This document shows, one piece after another, positions 1 to 12,357 of a DNA stretch of 64,000 bases. This DNA is from Octopus vulgaris (Eukaryota), in the NCBI GenBank assembly GCA_951406725.2, contig OX597829.1, forward strand, positions 37,014,001-37,078,000, read 5' to 3'. Both the position numbers and the translations under genes were made by a program. Positions within the stretch are counted from its first letter, which is position 1, and each line of letters begins with the position of its first letter. The notes under the pieces are model-generated. The model was not told where the DNA came from and ran no database searches. It saw nothing but the letters and a program-made list of their open reading frames with translations.

Positions 1-467
1 AGTTGAGGTGGGTAATATAGGGGAGCAACCAGTGGGGAAGGTTGGGGTAAGGAGGAACGATGGCAGGAAGGGTTGGTGTAGGTTCCTAAGAAATAAAAAC
101 GTAGGATATTACGAGGCGGGAGGGTGCTAAAGGGGATAGTCGGAATGAGGCAGTGTCAGGAGGAAGCGTAAGATCGGTGGGCAGTTGATGAGCTATGGCG
201 CTAGCAGCTTGTCTTTTCACAGTGAAAGCATATGAGGAGAAGGGGTAGTGGGGGGAGGAGGAGGGAGTAGGGCGTACCCGGTGTAGATGAGTAAGGCGTA
301 TCCGGTGTAGATGGTGAGGACAGGGTATACTGGTATTGGTGGTGGGGGGTGAGGAACAGTGTTCACCGGTATTGGTGGTGTTGGCGGTGGGAACAGTGTT
401 CACCGGTATTGGTGGTGGGGGTGAGAACAGTGTTCATCGGTATTGGTGGTGGGGGTGGGGGGGGCGC

Positions 468-971
468 ACCGCCAATGGCTGAAAGATGGGAAGAGATGGG
501 ATTACGGCTTGAGGTAGCCTAGCCTAAGGTTAAATTTTGTAGAGAGAGAGATAGAAAGATAAATCAAGTTATGGCGAAGGCTTGAAAGTAGCCTAAAAAG
601 GTTAAATTTTCGTAACAATGTATGAATAAACGTAGTAACAACGAATAAAATAGTAAGATAAATTTTTAAGAACTTGCTGCGGACATCGATCGGGAGTTGA
701 AATTGAAGAAGAAAGTAAGTTGAATTGGGAATTTAAATTGTAGAATCGTAATGGTAAGAGGAGGAAAAAGACCGCCAATGGCTGAAAGATGGGAAGAGAT
801 GGGATTACGGCTTGAGGTAGCCTAGCCTAAGGTTAAATTTTGTAGAGAGAGAGATAGAAAGATAAATCAAGTTATGGCGAAGGCTTGAAAGTAGCCTAAA
901 AAGGTTAAATTTTCGTAACAATGTATGAATAAACGTAGTAACAACGAATAAAATAGTAAGATAAATTTTTA
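468..971. repeat. Partial tandem duplication: 201-bp direct repeats (468-668, 771-971), period 303 bp
   Basis: ACCGCCAATGGCTGAAAGATGGG...GATAAATTTTTA occurs twice, apparently identical, with a 102-bp spacer; ends against a (TA/TG)n tract. Confidence 0.9.
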
Positions 972-2199
972 GTGTATATATATATAATGTATATATGTGT
1001 ATACATATATGTGTATGTATATATGTGTATATATATATGTGTATGCATATGTGTGTATATATATGTGTGTGTGTGTATACATATATGTGTATATATGTAT
1101 AACAAAAGCTGTTACTCAGAGTTTCACATTCCCGTTTGTCGGACAGTGTTGCTAAGATAGAACAGAAATAATGATATGATGAAAACTAGTTAAAGGATAC
1201 ACCTTTAAAAATGGATTGGTTTCATTGGTCCTCTTAAATAACGGTTTTAAGCATGCAATAAACAAAATAAGCAAAATAAATGAATTCAATATACATTGAT
1301 CCTATTATAAAAAATCTAGGAAAAACCTTAAATTGAAGAGTGGATTCAAAATACATATTGTCAGTAAGTATATTTGAAATATAATCTGATTAATACAATT
1401 AATACATTAAAAATTAAAATATTTTGCAACAGTATATACGCATACTAAACCATCAATATACATATATTCATTGATATACACAGACCACATACATATGCAG
1501 ACATATATATTTAAGACGTAAATATACACACAAATACACATATACATATGTTTAGATATGTATGCAATCTTGCCGGCATGCAAAAATCAATTGGTGTATA
1601 ATATGGACTAGAAGTAAAACGCAGAGAGGGGAAAAGAAAAAGAAAAGGGGGAGGATCTTATAAGTAACAGTTAGCTAAAGAAGTAAGAGTAGGGGAAGGG
1701 CACGCAAAGTTGAAGTACTCTATACAAGTAATGAATAGGGGGAGAAAAATACTTTTCCATAATGAAGGAAAGGAAGAAAGAAAGATAGGAGGCTTAATAT
1801 GTGTAACGAACATACACAAAATAAAATTACGTATGTATGTGTATATAAAAGTGTATGTTAGCAATACATACACATATAAGAACACATAAATATATGGAAA
1901 TAAGTACATAAATACACATCCACACAAATTCAAGTGAATACATGCATACATATACATCCATGTATGTGCACAAGTATAAACATACATGCTTACTTACACA
2001 TATACATAGGCGCACACATATGAATACATATGCATGGCCAACAATACAAATATCCACATAAAAACATCTCTAGGTCCTGACATATATACGAACAACATTA
2101 TTCTAAAAATTGCTGAGTGCATAATAATAAAATTCGGATAAAAGACATGCAAAATAGAACACCCTATATCAAATTATCTATAAATTAAACGATTAAAAT

Positions 2200-3120
2200 G
2201 GGTTTATAAAATCCAATAAAATGAAATAAAATAAAAGAATCTTAAACAAGAAAATAATATTTGTATATAACGGTCGAAGGTTTTCCTTAAATATGTTGAA
2301 ATATATACCATAACTTTGCGATGCGGAATAAATCATGCATAATAAGAATCAAATCCAAACAGTGTGATTAAAAACTAGTCCAAGAATCAAAAGTATGCTC
2401 TATTCATATGGTATATTGCCAACCTACATTTTAAATTTAGCTGTGTGTCTGCAGGAATTCAAGAGTTTGCTTCTTTGATTTAAAGAATTATTGTCCTGGA
2501 ATAAAATGAAATATTTTTTCAGCAGGAATAAATCACATTTGATGGATCTTTTATGTGCACCATGCCTGTATGATGCAGCTCTGTCCAAAATATTCTGCCA
2601 GGCTGATCTTCGTCCTATATTTGGGGTATCTGAAGGAATTTTTACGCAAATAGAATTGGGCTTTGAAAGAATTTTCAGAAGCCCCTGTATAAATTCTATA
2701 TTCGCGTGAGCCTTCTATCTGCACCTTGGCTCTATACATGATTCCTTTCTCCAGACATTTTCCTTCCAACAGACAGAAGGACCCATCTTTGCAATTACAA
2801 TTTTTAAGAAGAGAATCAGCACTATGGTTATTAGCAATTATCCTACTATTGTGTTGGTTAATGAAAGAGGTGAAGTTTCTGCAGCAAGAATAGCTGACCA
2901 TAAGTGTTCTTCTATTAAATAATTATGGTTAGGTTGAAAATGCCTAGAGACTAATTTTAAGAATTCCCTACCTATGTTTGTTTTTACGCCCATATTGAAA
3001 GCTGGGTTGAACCATAAAACTTTCCTAGTCCTAGTTCTACGTGTAGCATTACTGTTAGCATTAAGTTGGTTATACTGGATCTTCTCAGAGAATCCACTAT
3101 TCCTTAATGCGCTATTGTAA
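2200..3120 (-). mobile_element. Penelope-like element fragment (linker + GIY-YIG endonuclease), decayed
   Basis: ORF 2551-2901(-): VSYSC..N...INQHN, CNC-x5-C-x4-C (CNCKDGSFCLLEGKC), GIMYRAKV...IYTGASENSFK, the typical PLE linker and GIY-YIG motifs. Confidence 0.85.
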
Positions 3121-3127
3121 TAGTATT

Positions 3128-4830
3128 ATGGGCTTTCAAAACTGTCTGCGGGTGGTTGTGAAGATCTTTTCATTTCCCCAGTCACCCCAGAAAGCCATTA
3201 AAAAAAATCGATAAACCTACCTCTTATGCCCATAAGTTATGGGCATATCCATTCAAAATCGCTAAAACATTGAAATTTGTACATGGTGCGTGCATACAGC
3301 TAGATACGCCATTAGACTGCCAGCTGTTTTTTGATTGGACAGAGATAATTTTACCCTTGACAGTTGAATGCACGTGCACATTTGCAGACAGTCTGTATGA
3401 GTCAGTGCACTTTTGTGTTTTGCAAAGATGTGTTATCATGTGTTTTGGTCTTCAAATGTGCAAGCATCTTTGATTTGAGAAGTGCAGGGAATAATTAACG
3501 AGTTAGACCAAGTGAATGACAAGAGAGCAGGATTTTCATGAAAGACCAAATATACTTGATATGCTATCATTCCTTAAGTATGCCATAAAAGAGTTGGAGC
3601 CTATTCAATGAATCTATTTAGGAAGGGCTTTACTTTTATGCTTTCGGTTGATTTAAGTTATCCAGCGAGAGCCCAGGATGTTTTATTCAAGTAGGATTAA
3701 AAATGAAAAAGGGATTTTCATAAAAAATGTTTATTTGTTTGCATTCAGCCTAAGATCAAATCATTTGCTACCTACACAGCAGGGGCATAGGGTTATCAGG
3801 GTGATCCTTTTGGTGCAAGAAATCTTAATTTGATTCAGGTTTACCAAAATTGCCAATCAATTAGTGGAAACTCAATAAAACTATTCCTTGCGGGTTTCCG
3901 CATTTAAATTGACTGCAATTTTTTCTTTTAGCCCTAACTTGAGGTACGACTGACCTAAGATACAAAGATTTTCTTAAGTGAAATTTCATGCTTTTGTGTT
4001 TTGAGATACAAGTGAAAATTGAGATGCTAATTAATTTCCAGTCACATTTTTCTACTTGCTAGGAAATTTGAAAACTTTGTCAGCCTCGATTATTCATTTC
4101 ATTTTGTTGGTGAAGGTTTGCTTTCATGGTGGTCTTAATCGATTTTCTAACATGCTCCCCCTTCAGCTTCAACAAAGCTGCTAAATTTGCGATGATTAAT
4201 TACCCAGTGCAGCTGCACCTCTGGGTGGGCTCAGAATCTGCAGAGGTTCAGTCAAACGCGTTAAAAAACATAAGTGACGGAAAGGGGAACATAATTTCTG
4301 AAAACAAAGAAAGGGATTTAGCACAAAATGAAGCAATCTTTATCTGTAAAGTGCCTGAATTTTGTTCTTACCCCATTTTATAGCTAACCAAACAGAAGCA
4401 CACTGGTACTTAAGACAATTCAAGGCTAGAACTCACGAGTATACAGAGTTTCTGCACTACCTTGATTAAGTAAGAACTTTTTATTCAAACACTGGAAACG
4501 AACAAGAAGCACATGATATGAAGCTTTCAGTTAGTGGGACTGTGCACGACATAGTCGGACAAAAAAAGGAGGAAGAAGAAAGCAAAAAACTTGAATTTGA
4601 CCTCACCACAGCATGATTTTGAAAATACACATAACCATCATTTGTTGAGTTCGCATTCAGCATGAGGTCGAATCATTCGCTATCTACATAGCAGGTGACA
4701 AGGGTACTCAGGTTATTACTTATGGTGTGTGAAATCTTAATTTGATTAGAGTTTGCCCCTAACAATCCCTTACGGGCTTCCCCATTCAGATGGAATTACA
4801 ACCGCTTTCTTTTAGCCTTAATTTCCACAT
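3128..4830. mobile_element. Non-autonomous Helitron-related repeat, internal modules shared with 26994-28421
   Basis: 3128-3480 is the reverse complement of about 28000-28341; 4530-4651 matches 27211-27332 in the same orientation; own termini not identified. Confidence 0.6.
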
Positions 4831-4950
4831 AATAAGCTCTTTGTTTGCTACTGCAAATTGATTGGGTTTTGTGATAATAAAACATATAAAGGACATATTA
4901 AAATGACGTATTAAAATACCAGAAAAAATACAAAAATTACAAAATCGTTC

Positions 4951-5031
4951 ATCTAAGGGCCGTTTTGGAGACGTGCCAGTTAATATGATACATTTCATAT
5001 ATTCGAAACTGACACTCCCCTCATCAGGATA
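4951..5031 (-). ncRNA. Degenerate type I hammerhead ribozyme
   Basis: Minus strand: TATC-CTGATGA-GGGGAG-TGTCAGTT...AACTGGCA-CGT-CTCC-AAAA (GAAA mutated)-CGGCCC-T-TA-GATG. Confidence 0.55.
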
Positions 5032-5699
5032 TTTTTTACACACAATAAACAATACATGGATACAAATGCACAATTACATAACATCCATCTGCGGAAGTAC
5101 TAAGACATTACATATACCCAACCTATATATAGATACCTAATCTAATCTAAAAACCATGGTAAATGCTAAGCTCCATCTGGATTAGGTCATTTCTGCACTT
5201 TAATTTTATTTTTATTTTTATTCCTAATTTTGTGAAAACTACTTATCTAAGTTCAAGTCATTGATACAATTTTATACCTATTGTTATTTTTATGTTTAAT
5301 TGTTATATTATGTTTTAAGCTCAATTATTATATTTTGCTTTAGTTTTATTTTAATTATTATTTATAATTTAATTATTATTATTTCTAATTTTTATTGTAA
5401 TTTTTATTTTTATTTATTTTATGCCTACCTCTGACCTTGTATTGAAATCTTCTGCATTTCCTGTGCCAACTATTACCCATTAAGATGTTATATCTCATAC
5501 GGCTGAATGTTGCATGATGTGTTGATGTGTGGCAGGTGGAGGAAAATTGTCAGAGCAGGCAATGGTGTTTTGTTGATGGAGTGGAGTTTTTGCAGCCAAC
5601 AGTGATGTGTTCAATGGTGCAGTGAAGTGAGGCTGAAGTAATAAAATCTTATTAAAATCAGATGGAAAATATAAAAAGTTACGGCCAAAAATGAAACCA

Positions 5700-6046
5700 C
5701 TGCTCAGGCACAATTATTGATTTTTTGTCAACATATATACTGACATCAACTCACTGTCATGAGCCTCTCTTACTCAACGATATTCATCAAAATTGGACAA
5801 AAAATGCAAAAGCTGCAGGAAAAATAACATTGTTATGGGAATTTCCATTCAAACGCCTGATTGAGCTCACAAAAATCAATGCCAACTAAGCATTATCGAG
5901 TTGTTGAAAAATTCCAACTTTATTTGAACTTCAGGGCATGTGATCTACCTATGTGTCAAAAATCATTAAAATCAGCTGGATGGTGTGGTAGGAGTTAGAG
6001 TAACCCCAAACACAGACAGATACCATTACACATTTATGTATATAGA
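5700..6046 (-). mobile_element. Helitron-like element, 5' end
   Basis: Minus strand starts TCTATATACATAAATG...TCTGTCTGTGTTTGGG, similar to the 5' ends of the other Helitrons in the window; 3' end not found. Confidence 0.45.
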
Positions 6047-6060
6047 TTTAAGAGTGTGTA

Positions 6061-6570
6061 TCATCATCATCATCATCATTGTTTAATGTCCATTTTCCAT
6101 GCTAGCATGGTTTGGACGGTTTGACCAGGGTCTGGGAAGCCAGGAGGTTGCTCCAGTCTTATCTGGCAGTGTTTCTACAGCTGGATGCCCTTCCTAACGC
6201 CAACCACTCCGTGAGTGTAGTGGGTGCTTTTTATGTGCCACCAGCACAGGTGCCAGGGGAGGCTGGAAACGGCCCTGATTGGTTGGTGCTTTTTACGTGC
6301 CACTGGCACAGAAGCCAGTCAAGGCGGTGCTGGCATCGGCCACGTTCGAATAGTTCTTTTTACGTGCCACCGGCACAGGTATCACAACTACAATTTCCAT
6401 TTGATTTTTTATTTTGATGTTGATGCACTTGACTCAATAGGTCTCCTCAAGCACAGCAGGTCGCCCTACGATCCAAGGTAAGCACAGCAGGCCATCCTGC
6501 GATCAAAAGTACTTTGGATGGGCTGGGGCTGCTATGTGAAGCTAGTGCAGGAAACCGCCATGAACTCACA
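6061..6570 (-). mobile_element. RTE-associated 3' UTR / SINE-like repeat with (ATG)n tail (family C)
   Basis: (CAT)n followed by GTTTAATGTCC...CAGCTGGATGCCCTTCCTAACGCCAACCACTCC; homologous to 22060-22555, 58281-58525 and 59155-59305. Confidence 0.8.
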
Positions 6571-7349
6571 TTGTCAGTATGTATGTATATATACATATAT
6601 ACATACCTACCAATAACGGTATCAATACTGATCATTATATTTTACTTTATTGTAGTAAATTCAACTTACTGTTGGTTTTGATTGTCATTATACTGTTGTT
6701 CATATATTAGTATACTCACTCAGTCCTTTGATTGCCTGAGTAAAATTGAACAACCTTAAACTACTAATGCTATCTCAACTTATATGTTGATATATATATA
6801 CTCTCTACATCTTAGAGTGTGCTTCTTCTCTGGCTTTATGTTTTCCCCAAACTCTCCCTCTCTCTCTCTCTGAAGAACCAAAGTGTGTGCTATCATTTTA
6901 AAGTTTTTAATTTATAATTTGAATATAGTGCAGAGTAGTTGTAATAAAAACAGGATGATCATGTAATGCATGAAGTTTCTTACTAACAGTTTCCAGAATT
7001 GCTGAACATATGGAATTGAGTAAAGATTTATTTCCACATAAGCTAAGTACTTTGTATTCTGAGATAGAATTGGGGGAATAATCAAGGATAATAGTAGTGA
7101 CTAGTCCATCAAATAATTAAGGAGTGTTTGAAGTAAATGATAGCATTGGTCCACAGTTCCATGATCATAGAATTAGGGAAATTTTTAATAAAATATAGCA
7201 GCAGTTAGCAGTTCTATTGTTTAAGTATAAAGGAAAATCCATGAGTGGAAGGCCTGTTAAATATACAGGACAGTGTGAAGGAAAGGTAGGGTTGTAAATG
7301 TATGATGACAGTCTAACCCATATAGTGGGGGTGTTCATAACATAGGAAG

Positions 7350-7446
7350 CTATAGTAGAAGACACTTGCCCGAGGTGCCGCACAGTGGGACTGAACCAGG
7401 AACCATGTGGTTGGTAAGCAAGCTACTTAACACACAGCCACTCCTG
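7350..7446 (-). mobile_element. tRNA-derived SINE family A, 5' part
   Basis: Reverse complement of the head of 10687-11070 (GCAGGAGTGGCTGTGT...GGTTCAGTCCCACTG). Confidence 0.85.
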
Positions 7447-7869
7447 CATGTATACATACACACACACACACTCACACAAACAAACACATTTATGCATATG
7501 CACACACGCACACATACATACATATATGTATACATATATGCACAGATCTATGCTTACTCATACATGTTTGAGTGTTTATTTATATATACGCACCCACACA
7601 TACTCATCATTCATACATATAGAGGAATAGGTGATAGTGATTAGGGAATGGGTGGTTCACTGGTAAGGAATGAAGAAGACCATATGTGCAAAGCAAGAAC
7701 CTTATTGTTATGAACCACCGTGATCTAGGTTTATCAGATGGCCAAAGGGATGGGTATTGTTAGAGGGTTGTAAACAAGATAAAAGAAATCTTCAGGTGAT
7801 AGACTTTAGTGAATGTTATATGGTCTGTGGTAGGGGTAGAATTGGACATCAAGTGGTTATTTTAAAGTA

Positions 7870-9116
7870 TTGGGTTGGCAACTAAGTTCCCGCTATTTTT
7901 TTAAATTTTAATTTTTTAAAAGGTTTAATAAAAAGCAACAACTAATTAGTCAATAATGTATTCACCCTTGTTGTTTACAACTTCTTCCCAATGTTCAACG
8001 AGATTTTCAATACCTCGTTGGTAGAAATCGCCCAATTTCGACTCATCCAACCAAACTCTCAATTCTGCATCAGTATTGAACGAAACTCTGTACATAGCAT
8101 TTGAAAGAGGTGGAAATCTGTTGGTGCCAAATCAAGAGAGTACAGCGAGTGTGGCAGCACTTCCCAGCCATGCATTTGAATGACTTCCTTGGTCATATTG
8201 GTGATATGAGGGCGGGCGTTGTTGTGCAGCTGAAGAACTCCATGCTGTCGATTGGGTCTTTTCTCTTGAATAGCTGTAGTGAGTCATTCCATCTGTTGAA
8301 CATAGAGTTCAGCGTTGACCATTTAGTTCTGTTCAAGCAATTTGTAATGGATAATCCCTTCCCAGTCCCACCATATGCACAACATCGTTTTACATGGATG
8401 AAGATCTTGTTTCACGCACAGTATCGCTTGTTTACTAGGGCTAAGCCATTCCTTACACTGCTTCATATTAACGTCCAGGCATCATTTTTCGTTGCCAGTA
8501 ACAATTCGGTTAAGAAATTGTTGCTTGTGTCTATGAGTTGAGCGGTGATGAGCAAGCAAACCAATGGAGCTTGTGGCTCATTGATTTTTGTTGTTGTCAC
8601 TTAAAGCATGCCGAACCCATGCTCCATACTTCTGAATCTTTCCCATCAAGTGAAGATGCCTCTCTATAGCAGTGTGAGAGCATTCCATTTTCTCTGCCAG
8701 TTTCCTTGTCATTTGACGAGAATTTATGTGCAAAAGTTAGTTTAATCGTTCTTCGTCGAACTCAACTGGACAGCCAGAACGAAGTGTGTCTTTGAAGTCA
8801 AAATTTCCATTTTTGAACTTGGCATACCAATCACGAGCAGTTCTTTCAGCGATGGCACCCTCTTCATACACAGCACAAATGTCGTGAGCAGCTTTGGCAG
8901 CCTTAAACCTTGATTAAAAGCAAAAAGAAGGTGTCAAAAATGCTCATTTTTCTTAACTTGACATTCCATTTTAATGATCTGAAAATAAACAAAAATTAAC
9001 TAAAATTACCTAGAAAAAAAACCCAAAATAGATTCCAAAATGATTCAAAAATAGAATTCTCGAAAAAAATAGATTTCAAAATTTAAAAAAACAGCGGAAC
9101 TTAGTTACCAACCCAA
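7870..9116 (-). mobile_element. Full-length decayed mariner transposon
   Basis: TIRs TTGGGTTGGCAACTAAGTTCC.. / ..GGAACTTAGTTACCAACCCAA, TA target duplication at both ends, about 1.25 kb; broken transposase on the minus strand from about 8969 (MECQVKKNEHF*), with an LAPTDFHLF-like motif near 8105-8130. Confidence 0.92.
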
Positions 9117-9669
9117 TATAAAATATTAAAATATTACTGGAAGTGCATGTTCATGGGAAGTCAATAAAATATAAGTTATCACTAGATGTAAATATAGTGA
9201 ATTATAACATATATGGATGAAATAAGTAGAGTAATAATAAATAATAGATACTGTCATTAATAATAGAATGAGGTAAATAAATAGGTTCAGTAAAGAAATC
9301 TGGTAAGGTAAGTATATAAATTTTACTTTAAATAGTGTTTAATTATGATAGGCATTTCATAAATTATATGCTGAAAATGCAGTAAATATACTAATTAAAT
9401 TGAGTTATGCTATATCTGCACTACATATCAATGAAAATAAAGTGCTTGATAGCAATACAGAGGTAGTTGTTTTACTGCATTTGGATTTGTGGAAAAATCG
9501 AAAAAGTCATGAAGAATCTATGAATTTAACCAATCCATGCTTAAATATTCCTATTCCACTGCCCTGTATTTTTAGCAGGCCTTCTTCTCATAATCTACCT
9601 CACTTTCTCTTCATAGATGAAACCAGTAACTACTATTATATTTTCCCATGGATTTTCCTTGATACTTCA

Positions 9670-10020
9670 ACAATGGAACTGTTAACTGCTGCCATGTTTC
9701 ACTAAGGATTTCCTTAATTCTTTGATCATGGAACTGTGAACCAATGCTATCGTTTACTTTGGACACTCCTTAATTATTCAATGAACTGGTAAATACTGCT
9801 ATACTTTACTAAGGATTTCCTTAATTCTTTGATCATGGAACTGTGAACCAATACTATCTTTTATTTTGGACACTCCTTATTTGGTCAATGAACTGGTAAC
9901 TGCTGCTATGTTTTACCAAGAATCTCTTTGATTCTTTAACCATGGAACTGTGGACCAATACTATCTTTTACTTTGGACACTTTGATGAACTGGTAACTAC
10001 TAATATCCTTGATTGAGGAT
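9670..10020. repeat. Dimeric tandem repeat (about 54-bp subunits, about 107-bp higher-order unit)
   Basis: Alternating ATGGAACTGT(G/T) and ATGAACTGGT starts at about 9673, 9728, 9781, 9836, 9888, 9942, 9985. Confidence 0.85.
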
Positions 10021-10036
10021 ATTCCTCAATTCTCTC

Positions 10037-10130
10037 TCTCTCTGAAGACAATAGTTAGCTTATATGGAAATCTTCACTCAATAATATATGCTCCACACAT
10101 TCAGCTATTCTAGAAAATTGCTGTAAGAGA
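10037..10130 (+). ncRNA. Degenerate type I hammerhead ribozyme
   Basis: TCTCT-CTGAAGA-C-AATAGTT...AGCTATT-CTA-GAAA-ATTGCTG-TA-AGAGA; stem I TCTCT/AGAGA, stem III imperfect. Confidence 0.55.
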
Positions 10131-10686
10131 CTTTACGCCTTACTTCATAATCTTGTATTTACTATAACTACTCTACACTATATTTAAATTATAGATTAAA
10201 TGTTCTGAAGTGATATCACATGGTTTACTTGTTCATTCTCTCTTTCGAATATATATCTACCCACTCAACTTCTAGTCATCATTAATAGTCAGCCGTTGTT
10301 CAAGCCAGACTTTTAGGTATAATCCAAACTGAACACTTATAGTTCACACCTATTACATTACTCCATTAGATGAAAACTTTTTGTATGTATATATATGGAT
10401 AATTATGGCTAACTTTTAGTTACATGTGAACACTTCTAGGCTTCATCACTACTTCAGTTCTCAACTAAATTAAATGCAACTTTTTTATCAATGGTGGTCC
10501 AGTTTTCAGCTACATTTTGAGGTAAAATAATTGGAATTTGGTTCAGTCAAAAAAAAAAAAAAAGAAAAAAAATTAAAAAATTCAATCAAAATATCAAAAT
10601 ATGTGAGATCAAAAATGGGAGAGTAAAGTAAAATATTGAGTTTGAATCAAAATATTGTACCTATTATTATAGAAAATTGTAAAATA

Positions 10687-11070
10687 GGTGCAGGAGTGGC
10701 TGTGTGGTAAGTAGCTTGCTTACCAACCACATGGTTCTGGGTTCAGTCTCACTGCGTGGCACCTTGGGCAAGTGTCTTCTGCTATAGCCTCAGGCCAACC
10801 AAGGCTTTGTGAGTGGATTTGGTAGACGGAAACTGAAAAGAAACCTGTTGTATATATATATATGTGTGTGTTTGTACCCCTACCATCGATTGACAACCAA
10901 TGCTGGTGTGTTTACGTCCCCGCAACTTAGCAGCTTGGCGAAAAAGACTGACAGAATAAGTACTAGGCTTACAAAGAATAAGTTCTGGGGTTGATTTATT
11001 TGAGTAAAGGTGGTGTTCCAGCATGGCCGCAGTCAAGTGACTGAAACAAATAAAAGAGTGAAAGAGTAAA
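10687..11070 (+). mobile_element. tRNA-derived SINE family A, full length (resembles octopus SINEs)
   Basis: A-box-like TGGCTGTGTGG, B-box-like GGTTCAGTC, internal (TA)/(TG) tract, 3' end CCAGCATGGCCGCAGTCAAGTGACTGAAAC plus tail; about 10 copies in the window. Confidence 0.9.
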
Positions 11071-11271
11071 AGTTGTTTTCAAATGAAGGAGCTCTATGGG
11101 ATGAATGTTATAGTGAAAACCTCATCACAAAATATTAGCTATAAAAGAAGTGGTGTGGCTTTAAGTGATGAAAAAAAGGCTATCATTTTAACAAATTAAA
11201 ATATTTTCATCATTTTAAGATATTTAGCATTATAAAAGACAATATCTGATGTCATGGCTCACTTAGCTTAA

Positions 11272-12357
11272 CCCTTTCGTTACTATATTTCTGACCAAAA
11301 TACACCCCTTATGTGTTTCAATTAATTTCTAACGTAATCATAAATTTAGTCTGGTTTCATTAAACAACTATAACTTTTTTATTTATCGATATATTAATCT
11401 GATTTTTGGAAGATAATTTAATGAAATATTCTCAACCAATTCTATACTATAATTTTTGTCACAAGGTGACTCTAATTGCAGGTAGATACAGGTAAATTCC
11501 ACAAAATATAAAATTATTAAAATTTTGTTCAAACATCGCTTATAGAAAATGGGTTATTAGCTAATATTCAATTGGGTATACAAGAAAATTTTACGATAGA
11601 ATTTGTTATTCTGGGTAACTTTCTGATACCCATAATAATATTTATGGCAAAATAGTCTTAATTTCATTTAAGGTTGTGGGAAACCACAAACTATCGTTTC
11701 TTTCGCTTTGTTTACGTTTAGCGTAACGGTTCGTTTCCTCCATAATGATTTCAAATAGGCTCAATCGAAAAAGTAAATAGAAATAGCCTAAGGCTTTACT
11801 CTCCTGGGAAAGTCTGTGGCTTGATCCAGTTTCTTCAGAAAAATCACCGAAAGAAACAGTTTTTAAATTTTCACTCCATTCAGGTGCCAATTCATTTTCT
11901 TTATCACTGTCGGAGATCTCGGATTCACAGTTTTCACTTTCGGAAAATGAAACATCAGATTCATTATCAAATACCACATGCTTTTTTTTTTCAGTCATAG
12001 AGTTAGATTTATGAAGGTCTTCAGTAGAAAATCCTTCGAATTCTGACTCGCTGCTTGATATAATGAAATTCGTATCCATTTTTTGTCAGAATTACAAATT
12101 TTGAAAACACAATAGGAACAAATTTCGGAAAAAAATCTCTCAAAATTCACGGAATTAAAATTACACTTCGTTATTGTACAAAACTGTAGTTGAACTGTTT
12201 ACGAAGTATAATACGTGTTTTCACGAATGTACTGAAGAGATTTGCTCTGATATTCTCATTTAAATATGAATAGGTAAATTCGGGCGGCTTTGGGCGGTTT
12301 GGTCTCATAAACCAAAATTTTTTTCGGGCGGCTTTGGGCGGTTTGGTAACGAAAGGG
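11272..12357 (-). mobile_element. piggyBac internal-deletion derivative
   Basis: TTAA TSDs (11268-11271, 12358-12361), TIR CCCTTTCGTTAC/GTAACGAAAGGG; ORF 11642-12079(-) has an acidic N-terminus plus YFYLLF...EETNRYA...WFPTTLNEIK of piggyBac transposases. Confidence 0.93.

Noticed and set aside
8101-8541. 146-aa plus-strand ORF
   Set aside because: Antisense shadow of the minus-strand mariner transposase
9670-10020. CRISPR-like regular repeats
   Set aside because: No unique spacers, eukaryotic context, no cas genes
11642-12079. Domesticated PGBD gene
   Set aside because: Lies between intact TIRs with TTAA TSDs and lacks the catalytic domain; a deletion derivative
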